Origin: Lytechinus pictus
Taxonomy: Eukaryota
Assembly: GCF_037042905.1 (NCBI RefSeq)
Contig: NC_087247.1
Coordinates: 51,460,001-51,524,000, forward strand
Direction of reading: 5' to 3'
Length of the DNA: 64,000 nucleotides
Position 1 is the first letter of the stretch; each line of letters begins with the position of its first letter. The notes below the pieces were generated by a model. It ran no database searches. It was not told where the DNA came from and worked only from the letters and a program-made list of their open reading frames with translations. The position numbers and the translations under genes were made by a program. This document shows positions 26,301 through 38,300 of this stretch, in pieces.

Positions 26301-29300
26301 GGAATCATTCAATTTTTTAGCTTCATGAAATAACGCATCGGATCTGCAGTTAAAGTGCAGAAGATGAGAAAAATCAGCTCTTACCCGCAGCTAATTAAAA
26401 CCTGTTCATCCATTGTGACGTCAGCGCGCAGAGTGTAAACTATGCGCACAAATATAACTGTGGAACATCCTTAACCCTAATTCTCCAGGGGGGGGGGGCA
26501 TAATGGCCCCCTCCCCCCTCGACAATTTTCGCGATATATCTGCTGCGCAAAATTTTTTGACCTCGCCGCTCACAGACTTTTTACTTTCAAGTCTCGCGCA
26601 AATTTTGAGACCAAATTTGTGACGCCCGGGTACGCGGTTACGACATTACGCAACAGTATGTAAGTGCATGTCAGACCCCAAATTGCTCATAAACGTGATT
26701 TAATGTACAAATCCATTGCATATTGTGTATTAGCCAAAATTCATAGATGTATCATTATTTCTACTTTTACTGATTAAACTTAATTAATTTTGCCTTGTTT
26801 ATGATAAGAATTAAGTCTGGAACGATTTCCATCGAAAAAACAATAAAAAAACAAAAAGTAAAAAAACAAAGAAATACATAAGAAATCGGTCTTGGTACCA
26901 GAATTTTTTTCATTCACAATTGTTAGGAATGCTATAAAGAATATTTTCACCAAAAAATAGCATTCTAGGAGCTTTATTTAGTGAATCAGAGCAAAAAGTA
27001 GGATTTCATGAATAAATTGAGCATAATTAATTCATATAAAATAAAAATATATGAATTCAGTGAAATTTACCAATGCAACTGCGTAGATTACGTCATTCTC
27101 TACCATCATGCAAATTTTCGTTGTGATCGCGCAATCCGTGGCTGAGATCTTAAGGGGGGCCATAATGCCCCCCCCCCCGGAATGACAAGAATAAAAATAC
27201 CCCGGGAGATTTAGGGTTAAAGAGCCCTAAATTAAAAGAAACATAACAGTGACTTATCAGCATTGTATACTACTTGTCGGGATCGCTCCCTGTACACATT
27301 TCGAAAAAAACATGACACAGGTTCTTCAACATGCATGATGTGGGTTTCTTAATCACAGGGTAAACAGCTTAATATTTAAATGTACAATAGAAAATAAGGA
27401 AAGTAGGAAAGAAATTTAAGATTGTGCAAAGTTATGAATGGAAAGATATACCTTCATTGTATCTGGTAAATCATCTGGTCTCGACGTGAACATTTTACCC
27501 AATGCGATGGCAAAACTTGTTGGATAATATCCCGTGTGCCCAGTTCCGTTTCCTGTAAAATATAATCTCAGTTAACTTTTTTTGTATTTATAAACACATC
27601 GATTCAAATATTAAGCCCTATAATTAAATGAAAATTAGACACATCTGTATATTAAAGGTAACATTTTACGTATACCAAAGGGCCACTTTTATCTCAATGA
27701 TGATATTGCGAAATAAATATTTGATAGCCATATTATTAAAAAGTTTGTTATATACGCATACTTTACTTCCATTATTATTATTATTTTTAAACTTTTATTA
27801 CCCTATTATGTTCTTCAAAAGGGAATTATTCACACAAATTCAAGCGAATGGTCTTAATGAAGATATACACACCTCCAAGTCTGAACATGTTTTCGTGATT
27901 ACCCTCTTCTGTACATTGCCAAATTGCACCTCCTGTACACAAGTCAAAAAATAAAAATGTTTCCTAGCATGATCATCATAATGCATTAAAAGAGAAAATT
28001 TTCATTTAAATAGGCCAAACCCAGTGAGATTCATGAAAACTCGAAATATCAAACATTTGAGTTACATGCGATCGCTCAAGTTTTTTTTTCTCTTCTATTC
28101 TCTTCCTTCCCTTCTCTCAGCCTTTTCTTTTTATTATTTGTTGTTAATGGTGCAGTCACATTTCCCCCTACGGCGGCCGTACGGCAAGTCGAAAACAGCC
28201 TTTTTAACATTTATACAAAATGTAGGTGGTTTGAATAAAAATGAATTAAACGGCTGTTTTTTACTCGCCGTACAGCCGCCGTAGGGGAAATGTGACTGCA
28301 GCACTAGTCATACATGCAATTTTACAGTAGAAAGCCACTGCTTTCTGGATTTAATGGCTTCTTCCATACACACATAGTGTATTAATCTTCATTATTTTTT
28401 GTATTATAATATTCCATATTATAGATGAAATGTCAATCGGAAGAAAAATAAATGTTTACTTGATTTGCATTGAACATAACATTATTCAACAAATATTTAC
28501 GATACAGAAAATGAACATGTCTACATCCGTACGAATTTATAACCATCTTATCACGGCGTATACGTCTTTCGTAATACACCACCTCTCAATGTATATATTG
28601 GTAGGCTTATATCATAGTCTTGTGTCATTTTTTAAAAATAGCCCGGTAAAATAGTCAAAATGAGTATTCTTGGCCGGGAATCTTGCTCGCGGAATATCAG
28701 TGTGAAGTAGGCCCAAGTAAATTTTGGTTTATTTCCAATTCGTCTAATGCCAATTCGTCCAATTGCCAACTCGTCTGCTATCATTTGGTCTACTATCAGT
28801 TCGTCCACTCACCACAAGGTCTACTTTCATTTAGTCAAATGCCATTCCGTCTAATAGCCAGTTGGTCCAATAGCCATTTAGTCCATATACCATTTGGTCT
28901 AATTAAACTAAAGTGTTAATTGTGCAAAACGAATGAAAAGGAAATGGGTATTAGACCAACTGGTTATTAGACGAAATGGTAATAGTCGAACTGGTGATTA
29001 GACGAAGTGATGATTGGACCAAATGGTTGTTAGACGAAATGTTGATGGACGGAATGGCATTAGACTAAATGAAGTTAGACCATGTGGTGAGTGGACGAGT
29101 TGGCAGTGGAAGAAGTGGCAGTTTACCGTAAATTTTTAAACGGCTGACTGGATGTGATTTCAAGGTTCAAAGTTTATTCATATCGACATTTCACATTTTC
29201 ATACATCAATAACTCAATACAAGCAATATCTAAAGATTTTCATTGATAAGCATGAATAAATATCCTTATGAAATATAAAATGCATACATAATTAAAAAAA

Positions 29301-32300
29301 ACAGTAAGAAAGTATTGTAGTTGGATCTAAAATAATGACAAAAAAGAAAATGAGAGATGTGGATATTAGGGAGCTAAAAGTATAGGCAACTGTTGTTATT
29401 TTAAGGCTCCTTTGAATATGCAGTTAGAGTCTCATAAAAATGTCAATCACAAGAAATAGTAGGAGAGTGAATAAAAAATAAAACAAAAAGGGGTAGACAC
29501 GAATACATAAATGAATAATGAGTCAAGTGTACAAGCAACACATTTGAATTGGAACCTGAAAGAACACGCAAATAACTATTTCTAAGAGTAATGAAATAAT
29601 AATGAGATCAATGGTCGATGGCATCAGACAGCAACACTCAAATAGGAGTAGCCACCAACCCGTAATGAACTCCAGTCCGATCAAAGATCCCTGCGCCAGG
29701 GCTTGACTTCCAATGATATGACTACCCATGCGTAAAGGTAAGGAGCAATAAGCAGAAAAAATATGAATGTGTAACAAACAATACTGATAATAAAACAAAG
29801 TGCAGACCTTGACATTTCAGGATACTTAGAAGGTATAATATTTATTTTAAAAAAATGTCCTCAATTTACTCGTTTGTGGATTCAAAATATAACTATGAAC
29901 ATTCACCTTGTGTATGTAGAGGTATAGATGTGTCCTCGATACCAACTCCCACATCAGCTAGTCTGTTGATGACGTCTTTTAAAAGAGTGTTGACTCGTTG
30001 ATCAGCATTGGGTGCCGTGAACCCTTCTTCAAGTATTCCGATCTTCAGTCCGTTGACATCTGAATTCTCCAACTGAAAATCATGCATTATCATACTAAAT
30101 GAGGGAATTTCATAAATACGTAGGAGTAAGGGCTATTTTTTAATGAATAGGGCCAGGTGGGTACTGTTCGATACACAAGGCTCTGACTTTGCTAGATATA
30201 GCCGATTAACGACGTTACATCCAAAGGAAGATTAACAACCCTCGTTGTGATATTGATCATTTGATCCTTGGATGCATGCAGAAAATTCATTTGAAACACA
30301 CACATATACAGTGCGTCCCAAAAAAAACTATACACTTTTGAAATGGCTGCCAAATAAAAAATATAGCATTTTGGGGAAAAAATTTACATATATGGAAAGC
30401 CAATAAAGTTAACTTTCAAATGACCCCAAAAAGTTGGAAAACTGTTCATGCTTGAGCGAGCACTGCCCACTGAAACAAAGGGTATGAAAATTAGGGTGGG
30501 CTGGAATTAGCCTTCCAATTTATGTCAGTTTTTAAGAGGCAAATCCTTTCGAACTTGCAAAGTTAAGGGCGTTGTTATAAATTAATGATCAACCGTGACC
30601 AGTTTTGGTTGCTTATGCAAATTCTATAACTTATTAAATTGAACTTTAATGCATGAGTGAACACAAATTACACTTTTGGGGCAGCATTTCAACTTTATCA
30701 TTTGGATCTCTTTTTGGGCAGCATTTCAACTTTATCATGTGGATCTCAGCATTGTGTTCATGGGAGTCGGGAGAATAGGGGGTGAGATAGGAGAAGTAGG
30801 TTGATGGAATAAGGGTCAACAGAACATTCAGCCCCCGCCCCCTCCCTCTTTCCCGCCCTCCCCTCCTGTTGAGAGACTGATGGCTATTATCATGTACGCG
30901 TGAAGTCCAGAGCGGAATGTTGATTTAATGATTAATTCTGAATTGGGGCATCAACTTTTTCCTATCAATCATTTCATCAACAATTTATCAGTAAATCAAC
31001 TCATTCAATGTGCAATGTGATCAATCAAACATTCAGTTTTTTTTTTCAATAAATTATTTCATTAATCATCATAATCATTAAATTTCTTGGTAATAATTCA
31101 ATAAAAAGGTGACCATCAGACACCGGTCACTTGGCAGCTAAGTTTTGAATAGGCTACAATCCAGGAAGTGAGACAGAGAGGGGGGGGGGCTGGGAAATGG
31201 AGGTGGAGAGGGGAGGGTACATAATTATGACTTTTAATTTGTAAAAGGACAAAAAGAAGAGGAATGCCCTTTTAACCAAGTCTTAGCATATCTCGCCCTC
31301 TTGCTTGTAACAGGTACCATCACATTACTCCGACTCTCACGAACACACTTCTGAGGTCCACAAGATGAATATGCTATACACTAAAATTTCAATTCATGTT
31401 CACTCATGCATTAAATTTCAATTTAGTAACTCATGAAATTTGCCTAAGAAACCAAAACTTATCTCACTCATTAATTTAGCTTAGCAAGTTCCAAAGGACC
31501 TAACGGCTAACCAATTAAAAAAAACTGTAAGGCTAATTCCTGCCCAGCCTAGCCGAGCTTAGTGTCTGAGGAGGAAAGAAGCGGGGGGGGGGGTTGAGAT
31601 GGAGGGAGGGGTTGCTAAATGTTCTGTTGACCTTTATCCCATCAACGTACTTCACCTACCTAAGTCATATTACCCCCTCTTCTCCTGACTTCTGTTCATA
31701 AACACATTGTTGAGATCCACATGATAAAGACAAAATGCTGCACTAAAAATTGCAATTCACGATCACTCATGCATTAAATTTCAATGTAATAAATTCAATT
31801 TAATAACGCATTAAATTTTCACAAACAACAAACTATCACAACTGATCTTTAATTCACCAAATAACCCTCAACTTTGCAAGTACCAAACAAAAAACCTGAA
31901 AGAAATTGGAAGGCTAATTCCGGCCCACCCTAATTTTCATACCCTTTGTTTCAGTTGGCAGTGCTCGCTCAAGCATGAATAGTTTTCCAACTTTTTGGTG
32001 TCACTTGAAAGTTGACTTTATCGGCTTCCCATATCTATGAGTTATTTCCCCCAAAGTGCTATATTTTTTATTTGGCAGCCATTTCAAAAGTGTATAGTTT
32101 TTTTTGGGACGCACTGTAGGGATTGCCTGCCAAAATGGTCTACAGTCTGCAAAATTAGGTAGAAAGAATATAGCATAATCATGATAGAGGATACAAAATC
32201 ATATTATCCTATATGGTTAACATTTATATGACATGATAGATTTTTTAAATAAATATTTGCATGGTATGTATAAAATGCTATAATAGGAACAAGGGGGGTC

Positions 32301-35300
32301 ATAAAATTGAAGAAATTCCATTACTGTATTGATAATAAGAAAATACATCTTTTTCCAAACATGTTATAGATATGGGTTGGAATATTCTACCAGAACAGGT
32401 GAAGGACAACATCGCCTATAAACTCTTCATGGCAAGGCTAGACTGGTTAAACGTACACGGGTCCACATAACCATCGTAACAAAAGCTGTTAAATTAAGAA
32501 TAACTGTATTACCGTATACCTCTTTTGTATATTCTGGAACAGTAATGTTCGGTTGCTGGCGAGGATCCATTCCACCATCGTAGCCAGCAATAACCTAGTA
32601 CGAGTAAAAAAGGGGAATTATTACTTTTTAACTTCATTCATATATCGACGTATATTGGCGTACCTTGGGTCACAGCATGGAGGGGGGGGGGGGGTGAAAG
32701 AGCAAAAAAAAAAGAGTCACCAATTACTTAGCGCTCAATAGCAAGGTATACCTAGCCATGCTAGCTGAAAAGAGACATTTATTGTACGGATTTTTGGTAA
32801 GAATTTATGATTTATATCTCACTAATCAAATAACGCGAGCGCGAAGCGCGAGCTGCATTTTTATATTCATTCAGACCAGAAAAGGGACATTTTAAGGACT
32901 ATTTTCTGTTTCTGTTTCTGTTTGTGGTAACTCCCGTAGGAACTCGGCAGGACAGCATTTTGCTGGTAAACGCCAAGCTGGTATATAACCAATTACCTTG
33001 GAAACATTTTACGTCTAGATTAATCAGTCATAGTGGCTGACGTAATAGACGACAGATATCACTCTTGGGCCTTTTTATCAAAGTGGAGACAATGGCAGAG
33101 TTGGGATTCGAACTCACAACCTTGCGATTATGAGTCCAATGCTCTAACCACTGGACCACACGACCCGTTTTTTTACGAATTAATGAAGAGCATACATTTT
33201 CACCAATCCTCTAATGCGAACTCGAAGCGCGGACTGGATATTTTCTTTTGACTTTGAAAGAATGCAATCACTTTAAAAGACAAGTCCACCCCAACAAAAG
33301 TTGATTTTTTTTTTGTAAAAAAGAGAAAAATCCAACAAGAATAACACTGAAAATTTTATCAAAATCGGATGTAAAATAAGAAAGTTATGACATTTTAAAG
33401 TTTCGCTTAATTTCACAAAACAGTCATATGCACATCCTGGCTGGTATGCAAATGAGGAGACTATGACGTCATCCACTCACTGTTTCTTTTGTATTTCATT
33501 ATATGAAATATGAAATATTCTAATTTTCTCCTAATTGTCAAGTGATACGACGATTAACTCCTCCCTGCGCATGTGGAATTAGTTTTGTTTAATAATATAT
33601 GGTTCAGTCAAGTTGGTCCTTATTGTCAAATCTATAAAAAATGAAATATTGTATAATTCAAACAATAAAAAACAAAAGAAATAGTGAGTGAAGGACGTCA
33701 TCGACTGACTCACCTATTTGTGCATATCACTGTTTTGTGAAAAATAAGCGTGAAAAAAATAAGCGTGAAAAAAAAATGTGAAAAAATATAAAAATAAAAT
33801 GTCATTACTTTCTTATTTTACATCCGATTTTGATGAAATTTTCAGCACTATGCTAGTTTGATTTTTCTCTATTTATTAAAGTTAGCATTTTCCTGGGGTG
33901 GACTTGGCCTTTAAGTAATAATAATCATGAAAATGATGCGTATATCACTAGATAAAATAACAAAAACTCGAAGCGTGATGAAGAATGTTTGGTGTATATT
34001 GACTTGAAAACGAATAACGCTATTTAAATCCTCTTAGTCATTATATTACGTCTATACTATTGCAAAGTTTCGCGCCAACGAAACTTATATTACAAATACT
34101 AAATTTCCCATGAAGCTTTAATAGCATGCTTATAGTAGACTTTAGGTGAACTACCTCGAGAAGGAGGGCACAGTCTTTGACCGTCCGTGCCATAGGTCCA
34201 AGATGGTCAATGGCAGCATCCATCCCCAAGGCTCCGGTATAAGGCACGAGACCATGGGTAGGTTTTATTCCTACTATACCAGTCCATGATGATGGTAACC
34301 TGACAGATCCACCCTGATCACTACCGATCGCCATGTCTGCATCCCCTACCTGCACCTATAGGATCAAGGAAAACATGGTGATCAATGTTTCGCACTTCCC
34401 TTCAGAGGGATATACCAAATATTCAAATAATGTGCAAGATTGGTTAATTTTGCAATGTACATCTGTGCTAGTATCTCCAATATTCCACTCATAACGAAAC
34501 ACATAGGGACAATAAGCAAATACCAGCCCTAAACCCCGATAATTTAGACCATGGACCTTGTAGTAGGTCCATGTGTAGACTTACTACAACAGCACTTCCA
34601 GAACTCGATCCTCCACTTGTGCGCGTTGTATCATGTGGGTTAAGTACAGGACCCTTTGCAGCCGATGAGCTTCCTCCAGATGAGATTAGGTTCTCACATA
34701 CAGTTTTCCCATTGATTATTCCTCCTGGTACAAAAGCAAATTAGAACTAATTGAATTTTGAAGCTGCTTCTTGATTGGCCTATAAAAAGTTTGATACGGA
34801 TTGGTTTGGTTTTATTCAACATTTCATAACACAGCGACTTAACATCTGTAACTAATATATAGACATAGATAAACAAAAATACGAATGATAACATTAATCA
34901 CATAACATTTCTTTCTCATAATATAAACATGAGATGATACATTAGAAATGCAAAAAGTTTGAAATTGATGGAAACATCGAATCCAAAGTAAAGAAGAAAA
35001 ACAGTAGTGCAATAAAAAAATGTAGTGCAATAAAATGATAATCAGTTTACAGGCACTTTACATAATGATAAAGGTGAGTTATTATAGTCAAAGACTTACG
35101 ACACTTATTCATTATACGAGCAGATGAATGAAGAATTATTAAAAACAAACAAACCAGCATCTAATATCTTTGTGATTACAGTGGCATCAAAGTTTGGTGT
35201 ATAGCCTTCGAGGGCGTGGCAGCCATACATCATTGGCACCCCTGCCACGGCGATGTTATCCTTGATAGCAACTCTTTTTCCCGCCAATTTTCCACCAGAG

Positions 35301-38300
35301 GTTGCTCCGTGAATTTCACATTTCCAGTACCTGATTGTTACAAGAATATGATTTCTTAATCTATTTACGATGTACACTTTATGTAAATCGAATCGATGAA
35401 GTATAAAAATAATATTAATTTACTGTATTTTACTTGATTAAAATGACATTAAAATGATTTAATCAGATTCGTAATCATTTGATCCTATAACTAATGACGT
35501 ATGTCCATTGGTTTTCCTTAATCATTCGGTTCGGCAACCTATCAAATTGCCTATGTTCACTTAATGAATCACGTCGACTATATTATACTCAATTTCTTAA
35601 TGAATTGTTAATACTGTATACAGCTTTAAAACTAATCCACGTCATTCAAGAGCTGCCAACTTAAAAAAAAGAATGATACATAACTTGTGAACTATATATG
35701 AATGTAATTAATGATAAATTTTAATTTTGCACTCATAGTAAAATAGGTAATGAAACTGTAAAATGTTCACTCCAATATCACACCGGAAGAAGCATTACAT
35801 GCATGTTTTTTTTTTCCTTCACATTTTCACAATGGGAGTACCTTTAGAGATGCGAATTTGCATCTTCCTGGTCTGAGCCTGCACATATAAAGGTGACCCT
35901 CCCCTTTTAAGGTGCAAAGTTGAACCTTTTTTTTTCTTGTAGTGTACATTTGAGTTACACCAAATTAGTATTAAATATCTGAAGAATTAAATGCATAAAA
36001 ATGAAATTAGTTATATACTTTACCACGCATTGTATGGGTTCTCTGTCGAGTCTGGTCTGTAGCCAGGTAATCTGGGATACCTTGTCGGTAACTGGGGCTC
36101 GACCAAAGACTCGGTACTGTTGATCACATCGATGTTACCTTTTATCATTGTATGGAAAGCCTGCATAAGAGAAAAGGTATAGTCATTATTGAGCAATAAT
36201 CATGATAATAACAATTTTCATTCATTTAACATTGAAACAGGAGGATATGGTCTAGGCCTATACTCGTTACAAAGTATAATGATGGATCAATATCTATTCA
36301 ACGTATATTGATTCTCAAAGTACATGAACAATCGCGTTTTCTGGTGTGATATTTTTCGGTACGGAGAGATACTGTAATGGACATAATAATATATCCATGT
36401 TGTAAGTTAATAACCGCATAGTCTTTCAAGATCAAACTTGACTAAGATTTGGAAATGAACACATCAATACGGAATCGTTTAGGTCTACTTGCTTTTGCAA
36501 CTTAATTTCGTAAACAGTGGCGTGGCAAACATTGAAGTTGCCCCCCCCCCCTTCCGACAGCGGTAATGTGTTTCCATTACAGCATATTAATCCCAAGATC
36601 ATCGAGAAAAAAATGAATTGTTTCAACCAGGGTCATCAGTCATTATCATTTTTATTTGGAATGATTGCACCCTCCAAGGGGGGGGGGGGGGGTACACGAG
36701 TACTTCACCTTGAGTTCTTCATCCTCTAAATGAAATCCTAGATTTTTCGCCACATCTGCAAGTTGTGCAGTAGTAGGGTTCCTAACCCAAGGGGCAGAAT
36801 ATAACTCTGTTAAACAATAATATAAAAAGTATGTTAATTTATCATTCCTCTTTGAAAAAAACAAAGCTTGTTTCAATTAAGAAAGCATTTGACCATTTTC
36901 TCTATTTTGCCATATTCACCTCAATGGGATCAAAACAAAATAAACCAAGCCAAATAGTTTGCTGTATGTTCCCGTACACAACTACTGTTTTTTAGACAGA
37001 ATGAGAATGATAATTCCACGGTTTTCCACCCCTATCTCGTCGCCTTGCATGATTGTTGTACATCAGGGTTAGATATAATAATAATGTCTCTTCACGGCGT
37101 TTTTATATAAAGTCTTCATTTGTATATATATATATATGTATATATATATACAAAATATTCGTAGACTCGCAGTCCCCAAACAAGCTGGAATGAGTAGGCT
37201 TTCTGTGCCACAATGTTCAAACATAGCCATTTTATCCCCTAAACAAAGCAACACAAATCTCTCATACAGTACAGAATAACAGAATAGTATTATTCCGATT
37301 ATGCTTGCACATCGATTCCAAATAGAACGGGGATAAAGGGCAAACCAAACATAATAGCCCGCTAGTCCAGGATAGAAGAGGCGTAAGCTTGTTTTTTTAT
37401 TATACAATATTCTGATAGTGTTTTCATATTGTTGTTGGTACTTGTGAAATATGTTAAAATAAAGTCAAATCAAATCAAATTCGAGGGTGCTGATTACGAA
37501 TCTGAATGATGCCACTCGTGTAACCTTGAGCATTTTCCGCAAATTGGCAAAATCCAATATGGCCGCCAAATATGCAAATTACCCATGAAAATAATAAAAT
37601 TGCCCGCACATTGGCTAAAAAATGCATGAATTGTGTGGCAGGAGTGAAATACTCTCTGAAAAAATAGTTTTTGACAAAATATTTATTTTCTGGATATTCA
37701 AAATGGCCGCCATAGGCCCCTGTATACTCTATTATGTACAATATGAATAGGGAAAACTATTATTCACAAAAATGAGCACTAAACTGCACAAAATTTTGAT
37801 CTATGAACGAAGTACTGTATGCAAACCATCATTAATAACGAGATGTATCATTTATTATTTCATGTATGGGAACATGGCTGTATTTTGATAGTTAAAATAG
37901 CCGCCACTGGCCCAAACAGTATTATGTACAATGGCAATGGGGGCCAAAAAATCACAAGAGTGAGTACTAAAATACATATTATTATGATAAACGAGTGGAA
38001 TACTGACTAAAAACATAATTGTTAACAAAATATATTATTTACTATGCCATGTATGTGATAAATGTTGTATTCTGATTTTCAAAATGGCTGCCAAAGACCC
38101 TAACAGTATTATGTACAATGCGAAAGAGGACCAAAGAAATCACAAGAGTAAGCACTAAAATGCATATATATGTGATAAAGTAATGGGATACTGTCTAAAA
38201 AAATTAATTTTAACGAAATATATCATTCATGTTTCAAGTTTGTGTTAAATACTGTATTTTGACTTTAAAAATGGCCGCCATAGACATTGACTGTATTATG

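Larger units (their letters stand above)
32654..34012. mobile_element. Decayed copy of the 24013-25193 hAT-like family hosting a SINE and a Kolobok MITE
   Basis: TTGGCGTACCTTGGGTCACAGCATGG matches the 24013 start; downstream pieces are colinear with 24660-24885. Confidence 0.65.

Noticed and set aside
29523-29798. 91-aa minus-strand ORF as a candidate amidase exon
   Set aside because: The gap in the amidase is filled exactly by the 60-nt exon 27873-27932 ([10 protein letters not shown]...), and this ORF has no amidase similarity.
33094-33166. tRNA-Met-like gene (CAT anticodon) on the minus strand
   Set aside because: Acceptor and anticodon stems pair poorly and it continues into a SINE body with a repeat tail.
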